Source of the DNA: Rhynchopus sp. YZ270_cl-10
Lineage: Eukaryota
NCBI GenBank assembly: GCA_964035575.1
Contig: OZ037833.1
Coordinates: 2,542,001-2,606,000 of the forward strand
Direction of reading: 5' to 3'
DNA length: 64,000 nt
Shown: piece after piece, positions 1-10,900 of the stretch
Numbering within the stretch: the first letter of the stretch is position 1
Layout of the letters: each line of letters begins with the position of its first letter
The notes under the pieces: model-generated
Seen by the model: the letters and a program-made list of their open reading frames with translations, nothing else
Told to the model about the DNA's origin: nothing
The model's database searches: none
Made by a program: the position numbers and the translations under genes

Positions 1-1219
1 TGCAGAGTGGAGTGAGGAGAGACGTGAGTTCTGCTGCGAGACTGGCGTTGTGTGTGGCGATGATGCCTTTGACTGCACGTGGAATGCACAGACTGCGGAG
101 CCGTGGGGCAGGGCGCACGTTGCATGGTGCTGCGAGAACAAGGGTGTGCGGTGCGCTGACATGCAGGCCTCGGTGCAGGAGGACCGCTGCCTTGCCCTTG
201 AGGAAACAGCGTCATCTGCTGCGTCTGTGCCTGCGTTGGCTGAGTGCTGTGCGGACTACGGCATTGGCTGCAGTGCACGCTTCGACTGCTTCGACGGGAC
301 GAACGTGACGCAGTGGGAGGCGACGAAGCGCACGTGGTGCTGCCGTGAGAAGGACGTTGCGTGCAGTGTGCGGTGCAGCGCAAAGGCAGCCCTGAGCCCT
401 GCGGCAGTGGACTACTGCTGCGCCACGAAGGGTGTGTCGTGCTCTGCTCAGTGGGTTGAGGAGCAGCGCATCCTTGACGACGATGCCGAGGACACAGAGA
501 CCGCTGCAGGCACGGTGCTTGAGGAGCTCCGCCTCAAGGTGGAGGGCTTCAGTGCAGAGGACGTGCTGCAGGATCCGAAGAAGACGCTTGCGAAGGTGCG
601 CCAGGCGCTGCTCCGCCTCTCCCCGACACTCCGCTCCGAAAACCTTCTTGTCCGCCAGATCGGTGCTCTGATGGCCAACGCGACTGTGCCGCCTGCTGAC
701 AAGTGGGACTCCTGGGCGAGGGAGGTTCTGCGCACGTGGAACGCAGAGTGCCTTCCCGACGAGGAGGAGGAGAACGTGAATGTGAACGTGACGGTTGTGT
801 CGCGTGCTGCAAGCACCCTTGGAGCCAGCGGCAGCGGCAACGGCGCGTGGGTGGACTTTGCACTGAAGGGTGCCTCGGCCGAGGAGGTGGACCGTGTGCA
901 CGGCGAGATGGGGGCCGCAGTGGCGAAGCAGGGAGCCTCAGGGAGCCTGCGCCCTATTGGTGGGTTGGAGGTGCGTGCTGCAGAGGGTGGCTTGTCTGCG
1001 GAGTCTGGGTCTGGGTCTGATGGCGAGTCTGTGCCTGCATGGCTGATCCCACTCGCAGCAGGTGTGCTGTCCTTGTGTCTTGGTGGTGCTGTGGTGGCTC
1101 TTTTCATGAAGAAGAATGGCAAACGTGAGTGCACAGCAGATGAGACCAACGCTGTGTCAGCAAGCCTCATCGGAGACGAGCTCAAACCCGTTGAATGTCC
1201 AGAGGTGTCCGAGGTGTAG
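1..1219 (+). CDS. 3' part of repeat-rich type-I surface protein (copy truncated by window edge)
   Basis: Translation identical to the C-terminus of the 2520-6623 protein; TAG at 1217-1219. Confidence 0.9.
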   Translation, partial: AEWSEERREFCCETGVVCGDDAFDCTWNAQTAEPWGRAHVAWCCENKGVRCADMQASVQEDRCLALEETASSAASVPALAECCADYGIGCSARFDCFDGTNVTQWEATKRTWCCREKDVACSVRCSAKAALSPAAVDYCCATKGVSCSAQWVEEQRILDDDAEDTETAAGTVLEELRLKVEGFSAEDVLQDPKKTLAKVRQALLRLSPTLRSENLLVRQIGALMANATVPPADKWDSWAREVLRTWNAECLPDEEEENVNVNVTVVSRAASTLGASGSGNGAWVDFALKGASAEEVDRVHGEMGAAVAKQGASGSLRPIGGLEVRAAEGGLSAESGSGSDGESVPAWLIPLAAGVLSLCLGGAVVALFMKKNGKRECTADETNAVSASLIGDELKPVECPEVSEV

Positions 1220-2389
1220 ATGCACAATACGGAGTCCTGTAATGTTTTATCCTTGTCTTCTCTTTGAAAGATGTGTGTGGTGATGCATGCATTTTTTTCT
1301 ATTTTAATTGTCTTCAATTTCAGAATAATTTGCCTTCAATTTGGCGAATCCTCCAAAACCCCTGATAATATAGCAAATTGATATATTGCGTTTCTTCATT
1401 ATGTTTGTGCGTGTTTTACGTTTTACGTTTTACTTTTTACTTTTTCCTTTGAAATATGTGATATGATTTGATTGTATGGTCTATTCACTTCATAGTATTA
1501 TTGCCAGTGTCTGCGTCCCAGAGGCGTTTGCCACGATGAACTTATCTTTTCTTTTCTTTTCTTTTCTTGCTTTTTCCTTTTATTTCGTCCACAAGCCGTA
1601 GGCCACTTTCCACCTTCCCGTGTTCAGCCATTCTCCCAGCCTTGCTTGAAGGTTCCTTTGGTCGTACACCGTGAAGAACACTGCGTCACATACTGTGGTG
1701 TCTCACGCCATGTGCGGTAGCATTGGCACCCTGGCAGAGCGGGGCAGATTCTGAATGGGAAGTGTGCACAAGACAGCTGTCGGTTTGTTGGTTTGGGTGG
1801 GGCTGTGCAAAGGTCTCCCTTTTTTTTGAGGTAGCTTTGCACACCTTTCATGCTTCGACCACGAAACATTAAGGTGTTTGTCATTGTTGTTTGCTTGCTT
1901 GCTTGTTGCATGTACGTGAGCGAGTGAGTGATCGACGCGCAGTCAAAGATCAATAGCTGTGTTCGTTGACACCTATGATTTTCTTCTATTTTATCTAAAT
2001 CCCTTTACCCCACATGGACATTTCTACAAATTCAATCATGTGAAGTGCGGCATGCATGGGTGTCTTTTATGTCTACAGAAGCATTTGCCACTCGCCCAAC
2101 TTCATCCTTTTCCATGACCACCCTCCCAAAGAAAAGCGAAAACAAAACACACCTTTATTCTGGTGTGTTTCTGAAGAACTTTCCTTTTGTTCTTCGCACA
2201 ATCCATTCTTTAAACACCGTCGGGGTGGATGGGCGGCAACGGTACTTAACCTGTATCCGTTGAGCACGCTCATTTCGTTCAGGTGGCTAACCTTTCATTT
2301 TGAAGCAACGGGGTGTCTCTCTCTGTCCTCCCTTTCATCCAAAGACAGAAAGCGTCACCCCTTGCCTCCCTACTACAATACAGACCAAG

Positions 2390-2514
2390 ACTCCCCTTTT
2401 CTACATTACTTTTCAACCCCACCCTTTTGTGCAGTACATAGCTTTGTATGTGTCCTGCATCTTCTCCTCTCCCTTCCACCCTTCCCAACAGATAACCCTG
2501 ACTATATTTTGCAG
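2390..2514 (+). promoter_or_regulatory. Pyrimidine tract and AG acceptor (putative trans-splice site) upstream of the surface-protein ATG; repeated in each unit
   Basis: C/T-rich tract ending ...caacag (2491) and ttttgcag (2514), 5 nt before ATG 2520. Confidence 0.55.
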
Positions 2515-2519
2515 ACACA

Positions 2520-5500
2520 ATGCTGCGGTGTGTTGCGCTTGTGGCGGTGCTCAGTCTCGGACACGTGGCTGGAGATGCCAACACTGCATCTCAGTCTCAG
2601 CACCCAGCAAAGGTGTCTCGTGAGTTCGTCAGTGCAGAGAAGAACATCACGAACGAACACACACAGGCACATTCTTCGGAGAAGTTCGTCAGCGAAGAGA
2701 AGTTGTCTGAGGCAAAGGTGTCGCAGGAATACTCTGAGCAGAAGAACGTGACCGCGGAGCTCTCGGAGGAGAAGGTTTCAGTGGAGCAGTCTGAGCCCAA
2801 GTACATCAGCGAGGAGAAGAACGCAACAAGGGCAGTGTCTGAGGCAAAGCTTTCGGAGGAGCACTCAGAGGCCAGAGTCAGTGCAGAGGAGATCGTCACA
2901 ACCGAACTGTCGCAGGCAAAGGTTTCGGAGGAGCAGTCTGAGTCCAAGTACGTGAGTGAGGAGAAGAGCATGACCGGCGAACTGTCTGAGGCAAAGGTTT
3001 CGGAGCAGAAGTCTGGGGAGAAGTCTGTCACTGCAGGGAAGACCGCCACCAGAGAACTGTCGCAGGCAAAGCTTTCTGAGGAGCAGTCTGAACCAATTGT
3101 GAGTGAGGAGAAGGCGGTGACGCAGGGTCTCTCACTGGAAAAAGTGACTGAGGAACACTCTGAGCCAAAGTCCACCAGCGAGGAGAAGAACGTGACCGCG
3201 GCACTGTCTGAGGAACATGTTTCGGAGGAGGTGTCGGAGCCGAAGTACACCAGCGAGGAGAAGAACATCACCAGCGAGCTTTCGCAGACACGTGCGTCTG
3301 AGGAGCAGTCTGAACCCAAGGTCACGAACGAGCAGTCTGAGCCGAAGTACGTGAGTGAGGAGAAGAACGCGACAGATGAGGTGTCTGAGGCAAAGGTTTC
3401 GCAGGAGCAGACACAGTCTCAGCAGAAGCTCAGCAGCGAAGAGAAGAATGTTGCGGCCGAGCTGTCTGAGGCAAAGGTCACTGAGGAGCAGTCTGAGCCA
3501 AAGTACATCAGTGAAGAAAAGAACGTGACCACGGCACTGTCTGAGGAACATGTTTCGGAAGAGCAGTCTGAGCCGAAGTACACCAGTGAGGAGAAATACA
3601 TCACCAGCGAGCTTTCGCAGGCACGTGAGTCTGAGGAGCAGTCTGAGCCGAAGTACTGGAGCGAGGAGAAGAACGCGACAGAGGAGGTGTCGGAGGCGAA
3701 GTACACGAGTGAGGAGAAGGGCATCACCAGCGAGCTTTCGCAGGAACGTGCGTCTGAGGAGCAGTCTGAGCCGAAGGTCACGAACGAGCTTTCGCAGGCA
3801 AAGGTGACTGAGGAGCAGTCTGAACCTATTGTGAGTGAGGAGAAGGCGGTGACGCAGGAGCTCTCACAGGAAAAAGTGACTGAGGAACACTCCGAGCTGA
3901 AGTACACCAGTGAGGAGAAGAACGTGACTGCGGCACTGTCTGAGGAACATGTTTCGGAGGAGCAGTCTGAGCCGAAGTACACGAGTGAGGAGAAATACAT
4001 CACCAGCGAGCTTTCGCAGACACGTGCGTCTGAGGAGCAGTCTGAGCCCAAGATTGTGAGTGAGGAGAAGAACATGACCGGCGAACTGTCTGAGGCAAAG
4101 GTTTCGGAGCAGAAGTCTGGGGAGAAGTCTGTCACTGCAGGGAAGACCGCCACCAGAGAACTGTCGCAGGCAAAGCTTTCTGAGGAGCAGTCTGAACCAA
4201 TTGTGAGTGAGGAGAAGGCAGTGACGCAGGGTCTCTCACTGGAAAAAGTGACTGAGGAACACTCTGAACCCAAGTACACCAGCGAGGAGAAGAACGTAAC
4301 CAGCGAACTGTCTGAGGCAAAGGTTTCGGAGCCTAAGTCTGGAGAGAAGTCTGCTACCGGAGAAGTGTCTGAGGCAAAGGTGACTGAGGAGCAGTCTGAA
4401 GCGAAGGTCACGCACGAGCTTTCGCAGGCAAAAGTGACTGAGGAACACTCCGAGCTGAAGTACACCAGCGAGGAGAAGAACGCGACCATGGCACTGTCTG
4501 AGGATCATGTTTCAGATGAGGTGTCGGAGGCAAAGTACACCAGTGAGGAGAAGAACATCACCAGCGAGCTTTCGCAGGCACGTGCGTCTGAGGAGCAGTC
4601 TGAGACGAAGTACACGAGTGAGGAGAAGGGCATCACCAGCGAGCTTTCGCAGGAACGTGCGTCTGAGGAGCAGTCTGAGCCGAAGGTCACGAGCGAGCTT
4701 TCGCAGGCAAAGGTGACTGAGGAGCAGTCTGAGCCGAAGTACGTGAGTGAGGAGAAGAACGCGACAGAGGAAGTGTCTGAGGCAAAGGTTTCGGAGGAGC
4801 AGACACAGTCTCAGCAGCAGCTCAGCAGCGAAGAGAAGAATGTTGCGGCCGAGCTGTCTGAGGCGAAGTACACCAGCGAGGACAAGGACGCAACAATGGC
4901 AGTGTCTGAGGCAAAGGTTTCGGAGGAGGTGTCTGAGCTGAAAGCCATCAGCGGAGAGAAGAACGCAACTACTGAACTGTCTGAGTCGAAGGTTACGGAA
5001 GAGGTGTCTGACGAGGAGAAGGACGTGACGACGGCACAGTCGGAGGAAAAGCTTGCGGAAGAGGCGTCTGAGCCGACGTACGTCAGCGAATCGAAGAACA
5101 TCACGAAGGAACTGTCGCAGGCACAGGTGACAGAAGAGCAGTCTGAGTCGAAGATCACGAACGAGCTCTCTGAGGCAAAGTATACGGAGGAGCAGTCTGA
5201 GGTGAAGGGCATCAGCGATGAGGAGAAGCACACGACCACATCTGAGCAATCGGAATCCGTGTCTGAGGTGAAGGCGACGTCGCTTTGCACCGGACGTGTG
5301 GGGACCTGGGACGAGGAGGTTGCGACGTACTGCTGCTTGGAGGAGGGTCTGGGCTGTGCCGCAGTGCCGTCCTTTTCGTGCAAACACGCGGATGTGGCCG
5401 AGACTGCAGAGTGGAGTGAGGAGAGACGTGAGTTCTGCTGCGAGACTGGCGTTGTGTGTGGCGATGATGCCTTTGACTGCACGTGGAATGCACAGACTGC

Positions 5501-6623
5501 GGAGCCGTGGGGCAGGGCGCACGTTGCATGGTGCTGCGAGAACAAGGGTGTGCGGTGCGCTGACATGCAGGCCTCGGTGCAGGAGGACCGCTGCCTTGCC
5601 CTTGAGGAAACAGCGTCATCTGCTGCGTCTGTGCCTGCGTTGGCTGAGTGCTGTGCGGACTACGGCATTGGCTGCAGTGCACGCTTCGACTGCTTCGACG
5701 GGACGAACGTGACGCAGTGGGAGGCGACGAAGCGCACGTGGTGCTGCCGTGAGAAGGACGTTGCGTGCAGTGTGCGGTGCAGCGCAAAGGCAGCCCTGAG
5801 CCCTGCGGCAGTGGACTACTGCTGCGCCACGAAGGGTGTGTCGTGCTCTGCTCAGTGGGTTGAGGAGCAGCGCATCCTTGACGACGATGCCGAGGACACA
5901 GAGACCGCTGCAGGCACGGTGCTTGAGGAGCTCCGCCTCAAGGTGGAGGGCTTCAGTGCAGAGGACGTGCTGCAGGATCCGAAGAAGACGCTTGCGAAGG
6001 TGCGCCAGGCGCTGCTCCGCCTCTCCCCGACACTCCGCTCCGAAAACCTTCTTGTCCGCCAGATCGGTGCTCTGATGGCCAACGCGACTGTGCCGCCTGC
6101 TGACAAGTGGGACTCCTGGGCGAGGGAGGTTCTGCGCACGTGGAACGCAGAGTGCCTTCCCGACGAGGAGGAGGAGAACGTGAATGTGAACGTGACGGTT
6201 GTGTCGCGTGCTGCAAGCACCCTTGGAGCCAGCGGCAGCGGCAACGGCGCGTGGGTGGACTTTGCACTGAAGGGTGCCTCGGCCGAGGAGGTGGACCGTG
6301 TGCACGGCGAGATGGGGGCCGCAGTGGCGAAGCAGGGAGCCTCAGGGAGCCTGCGCCCTATTGGTGGGTTGGAGGTGCGTGCTGCAGAGGGTGGCTTGTC
6401 TGCGGAGTCTGGGTCTGGGTCTGATGGCGAGTCTGTGCCTGCATGGCTGATCCCACTCGCAGCAGGTGTGCTGTCCTTGTGTCTTGGTGGTGCTGTGGTG
6501 GCTCTTTTCATGAAGAAGAATGGCAAACGTGAGTGCACAGCAGATGAGACCAACGCTGTGTCAGCAAGCCTCATCGGAGACGAGCTCAAACCCGTTGAAT
6601 GTCCAGAGGTGTCCGAGGTGTAG
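2520..6623 (+). CDS. 1367-aa predicted surface glycoprotein: signal peptide, ~900-aa Glu/Ser/Lys/Thr repeat stalk, Cys-rich W..CC...GxxC repeats, TM helix, short tail
   Basis: Hydrophobic N-terminus MLRCVALVAVLSLG; SEEKNxT repeats with many NxT sequons; six CC modules; TM WLIPLAAGVLSLCLGGAVVALFM followed by KK. Confidence 0.9.
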   Translation: MLRCVALVAVLSLGHVAGDANTASQSQHPAKVSREFVSAEKNITNEHTQAHSSEKFVSEEKLSEAKVSQEYSEQKNVTAELSEEKVSVEQSEPKYISEEKNATRAVSEAKLSEEHSEARVSAEEIVTTELSQAKVSEEQSESKYVSEEKSMTGELSEAKVSEQKSGEKSVTAGKTATRELSQAKLSEEQSEPIVSEEKAVTQGLSLEKVTEEHSEPKSTSEEKNVTAALSEEHVSEEVSEPKYTSEEKNITSELSQTRASEEQSEPKVTNEQSEPKYVSEEKNATDEVSEAKVSQEQTQSQQKLSSEEKNVAAELSEAKVTEEQSEPKYISEEKNVTTALSEEHVSEEQSEPKYTSEEKYITSELSQARESEEQSEPKYWSEEKNATEEVSEAKYTSEEKGITSELSQERASEEQSEPKVTNELSQAKVTEEQSEPIVSEEKAVTQELSQEKVTEEHSELKYTSEEKNVTAALSEEHVSEEQSEPKYTSEEKYITSELSQTRASEEQSEPKIVSEEKNMTGELSEAKVSEQKSGEKSVTAGKTATRELSQAKLSEEQSEPIVSEEKAVTQGLSLEKVTEEHSEPKYTSEEKNVTSELSEAKVSEPKSGEKSATGEVSEAKVTEEQSEAKVTHELSQAKVTEEHSELKYTSEEKNATMALSEDHVSDEVSEAKYTSEEKNITSELSQARASEEQSETKYTSEEKGITSELSQERASEEQSEPKVTSELSQAKVTEEQSEPKYVSEEKNATEEVSEAKVSEEQTQSQQQLSSEEKNVAAELSEAKYTSEDKDATMAVSEAKVSEEVSELKAISGEKNATTELSESKVTEEVSDEEKDVTTAQSEEKLAEEASEPTYVSESKNITKELSQAQVTEEQSESKITNELSEAKYTEEQSEVKGISDEEKHTTTSEQSESVSEVKATSLCTGRVGTWDEEVATYCCLEEGLGCAAVPSFSCKHADVAETAEWSEERREFCCETGVVCGDDAFDCTWNAQTAEPWGRAHVAWCCENKGVRCADMQASVQEDRCLALEETASSAASVPALAECCADYGIGCSARFDCFDGTNVTQWEATKRTWCCREKDVACSVRCSAKAALSPAAVDYCCATKGVSCSAQWVEEQRILDDDAEDTETAAGTVLEELRLKVEGFSAEDVLQDPKKTLAKVRQALLRLSPTLRSENLLVRQIGALMANATVPPADKWDSWAREVLRTWNAECLPDEEEENVNVNVTVVSRAASTLGASGSGNGAWVDFALKGASAEEVDRVHGEMGAAVAKQGASGSLRPIGGLEVRAAEGGLSAESGSGSDGESVPAWLIPLAAGVLSLCLGGAVVALFMKKNGKRECTADETNAVSASLIGDELKPVECPEVSEV

Positions 6624-7916
6624 ATGCACAATACGGAGTCCTGTAATGTTTTATCCTTGTCTTCTCTTTGAAAGATGTGTGTGGTGATGCATGCATTTTT
6701 TTCTATTTTAATTGTCTTCAATTTCAGAATAATTTGCCTTCAATTTGGCGAATCCTCCAAAACCCCTGATAATATAGCAAATTGATATATTGCGTTTCTT
6801 CATTATGTTTGTGCGTGTTTTACGTTTTACTTTTTACTTTTTCCTTTGAAATATGTGATATGATTTGATTGTATGGTCTATTCACTTCATAGTATTATTG
6901 CCAGTGTCTGCGTCCCAGAGGCGTTTGCCACGATGAACTTATCTTTTCTTTTCTTTTCTTTTCTTGCTTTTTCCTTTTATTTCGTCCACAAGCCGTAGGC
7001 CACTTTCCACCTTCCCGTGTTCAGCCATTCTCCCAGCCTTGCTTGAAGGTTCCTTTGGTCGTACACCGTGAAGAACACTGCGTCACATACTGTGGTGTCT
7101 CACGCCATGTGCGGTAGCATTGGCACCCTGGCAGAGCGGGGCAGATTCTGAATGGGAAGTGTGCACAAGACAGCTGTCGGTTTGTTGGTTTGGGTGGGGC
7201 TGTGCAAAGGTCTCCCTTTTTTTTGAGGTAGCTTTGCACACCTTTCATGCTTCGACCACGAAACATTAAGGTGTTTGTCATTGTTGTTTGCTTGCTTGCT
7301 TGTTGCATGTACGTGAGCGAGTGAGTGATCGACGCGCAGTCAAAGATCAATAGCTGTGTTCGTTGACACCTATGATTTTCTTCTATTTTATCTAAATCCC
7401 TTTACCCCACATGGACATTTCTACAAATTCAATCATGTGAAGTGCGGCATGCATGGGTGTCTTTTATGTCTACAGAAGCATTTGCCACTCGCCCAACTTC
7501 ATCCTTTTCCATGACCACCCTCCCAAAGAAAAGCGAAAACAAAACACACCTTTATTCTGGTGTGTTTCTGAAGAACTTTCCTTTTGTTCTTCGCACAATC
7601 CATTCTTTAAACACCGTCGGGGTGGATGGGCGGCAACGGTACTTAACCTGTATCCGTTGAGCACGCTCATTTCGTTCAGGTGGCTAACCTTTCATTTTGA
7701 AGCAACGGGGTGTCTCTCTCTGTCCTCCCTTTCATCCAAAGACAGAAAGCGTCACCCCTTGCCTCCCTACTACAATACAGACCAAGACTCCCCTTTTCTA
7801 CATTACTTTTCAACCCCACCCTTTTGTGCAGTACATAGCTTTGTATGTGTCCTGCATCTTCTCCTCTCCCTTCCACCCTTCCCAACAGATAACCCTGACT
7901 ATATTTTGCAGACACA

Positions 7917-10900
7917 ATGCTGCGGTGTGTTGCGCTTGTGGCGGTGCTCAGTCTCGGACACGTGGCTGGAGATGCCAACACTGCATCTCAGTCTCAGCAC
8001 CCAGCAAAGGTGTCTCGTGAGTTCGTCAGTGCAGAGAAGAACATCACGAACGAACACACACAGGCACATTCTTCGGAGAAGTTCGTCAGCGAAGAGAAGT
8101 TGTCTGAGGCAAAGGTGTCGCAGGAATACTCTGAGCAGAAGAACGTGACCGCGGAGCTCTCGGAGGAGAAGGTTTCAGTGGAGCAGTCTGAGCCCAAGTA
8201 CATCAGCGAGGAGAAGAACGCAACAAGGGCAGTGTCTGAGGCAAAGCTTTCGGAGGAGCACTCAGAGGCCAGAGTCAGTGCAGAGGAGATCGTCACAACC
8301 GAACTGTCGCAGGCAAAGGTTTCGGAGGAGCAGTCTGAGTCCAAGTACGTGAGTGAGGAGAAGAGCATGACCGGCGAACTGTCTGAGGCAAAGGTTTCGG
8401 AGCAGAAGTCTGGGGAGAAGTCTGTCACTGCAGGGAAGACCGCCACCAGAGAACTGTCGCAGGCAAAGCTTTCTGAGGAGCAGTCTGAACCAATTGTGAG
8501 TGAGGAGAAGGCGGTGACGCAGGGTCTCTCACTGGAAAAAGTGACTGAGGAACACTCTGAGCCAAAGTCCACCAGCGAGGAGAAGAACGTGACCGCGGCA
8601 CTGTCTGAGGAACATGTTTCGGAGGAGGTGTCGGAGCCGAAGTACACCAGCGAGGAGAAGAACATCACCAGCGAGCTTTCGCAGACACGTGCGTCTGAGG
8701 AGCAGTCTGAACCCAAGGTCACGAACGAGCAGTCTGAGCCGAAGTACGTGAGTGAGGAGAAGAACGCGACAGATGAGGTGTCTGAGGCAAAGGTTTCGCA
8801 GGAGCAGACACAGTCTCAGCAGAAGCTCAGCAGCGAAGAGAAGAATGTTGCGGCCGAGCTGTCTGAGGCAAAGGTCACTGAGGAGCAGTCTGAGCCAAAG
8901 TACATCAGTGAAGAAAAGAACGTGACCACGGCACTGTCTGAGGAACATGTTTCGGAAGAGCAGTCTGAGCCGAAGTACACCAGTGAGGAGAAATACATCA
9001 CCAGCGAGCTTTCGCAGGCACGTGAGTCTGAGGAGCAGTCTGAGCCGAAGTACTGGAGCGAGGAGAAGAACGCGACAGAGGAGGTGTCGGAGGCGAAGTA
9101 CACGAGTGAGGAGAAGGGCATCACCAGCGAGCTTTCGCAGGAACGTGCGTCTGAGGAGCAGTCTGAGCCGAAGGTCACGAACGAGCTTTCGCAGGCAAAG
9201 GTGACTGAGGAGCAGTCTGAACCTATTGTGAGTGAGGAGAAGGCGGTGACGCAGGAGCTCTCACAGGAAAAAGTGACTGAGGAACACTCCGAGCTGAAGT
9301 ACACCAGTGAGGAGAAGAACGTGACTGCGGCACTGTCTGAGGAACATGTTTCGGAGGAGCAGTCTGAGCCGAAGTACACGAGTGAGGAGAAATACATCAC
9401 CAGCGAGCTTTCGCAGACACGTGCGTCTGAGGAGCAGTCTGAGCCCAAGATTGTGAGTGAGGAGAAGAACATGACCGGCGAACTGTCTGAGGCAAAGGTT
9501 TCGGAGCAGAAGTCTGGGGAGAAGTCTGTCACTGCAGGGAAGACCGCCACCAGAGAACTGTCGCAGGCAAAGCTTTCTGAGGAGCAGTCTGAACCAATTG
9601 TGAGTGAGGAGAAGGCGGTGACGCAGGGTCTCTCACTGGAAAAAGTGACTGAGGAACACTCTGAACCCAAGTACACCAGCGAGGAGAAGAACGTAACCAG
9701 CGAACTGTCTGAGGCAAAGGTTTCGGAGCCTAAGTCTGGAGAGAAGTCTGCTACCGGAGAAGTGTCTGAGGCAAAGGTGACTGAGGAGCAGTCTGAAGCG
9801 AAGGTCACGCACGAGCTTTCGCAGGCAAAAGTGACTGAGGAACACTCCGAGCTGAAGTACACCAGCGAGGAGAAGAACGCGACCATGGCACTGTCTGAGG
9901 ATCATGTTTCAGATGAGGTGTCGGAGGCAAAGTACACCAGTGAGGAGAAGAACATCACCAGCGAGCTTTCGCAGGCACGTGCGTCTGAGGAGCAGTCTGA
10001 GACGAAGTACACGAGTGAGGAGAAGGGCATCACCAGCGAGCTTTCGCAGGAACGTGCGTCTGAGGAGCAGTCTGAGCCGAAGGTCACGAGCGAGCTTTCG
10101 CAGGCAAAGGTGACTGAGGAGCAGTCTGAGCCGAAGTACGTGAGTGAGGAGAAGAACGCGACAGAGGAAGTGTCTGAGGCAAAGGTTTCGGAGGAGCAGA
10201 CACAGTCTCAGCAGCAGCTCAGCAGCGAAGAGAAGAATGTTGCGGCCGAGCTGTCTGAGGCGAAGTACACCAGCGAGGACAAGGACGCAACAATGGCAGT
10301 GTCTGAGGCAAAGGTTTCGGAGGAGGTGTCTGAGCTGAAAGCCATCAGCGGAGAGAAGAACGCAACTACTGAACTGTCTGAGTCGAAGGTTACGGAAGAG
10401 GTGTCTGACGAGGAGAAGGACGTGACGACGGCACAGTCGGAGGAAAAGCTTGCGGAAGAGGCGTCTGAGCCGACGTACGTCAGCGAATCGAAGAACATCA
10501 CGAAGGAACTGTCGCAGGCACAGGTGACAGAAGAGCAGTCTGAGTCGAAGATCACGAACGAGCTCTCTGAGGCAAAGTATACGGAGGAGCAGTCTGAGGT
10601 GAAGGGCATCAGCGATGAGGAGAAGCACACGACCACATCTGAGCAATCGGAATCCGTGTCTGAGGTGAAGGCGACGTCGCTTTGCACCGGACGTGTGGGG
10701 ACCTGGGACGAGGAGGTTGCGACGTACTGCTGCTTGGAGGAGGGTCTGGGCTGTGCCGCAGTGCCGTCCTTTTCGTGCAAACACGCGGATGTGGCCGAGA
10801 CTGCAGAGTGGAGTGAGGAGAGACGTGAGTTCTGCTGCGAGACTGGCGTTGTGTGTGGCGATGATGCCTTTGACTGCACGTGGAATGCACAGACTGCGGA

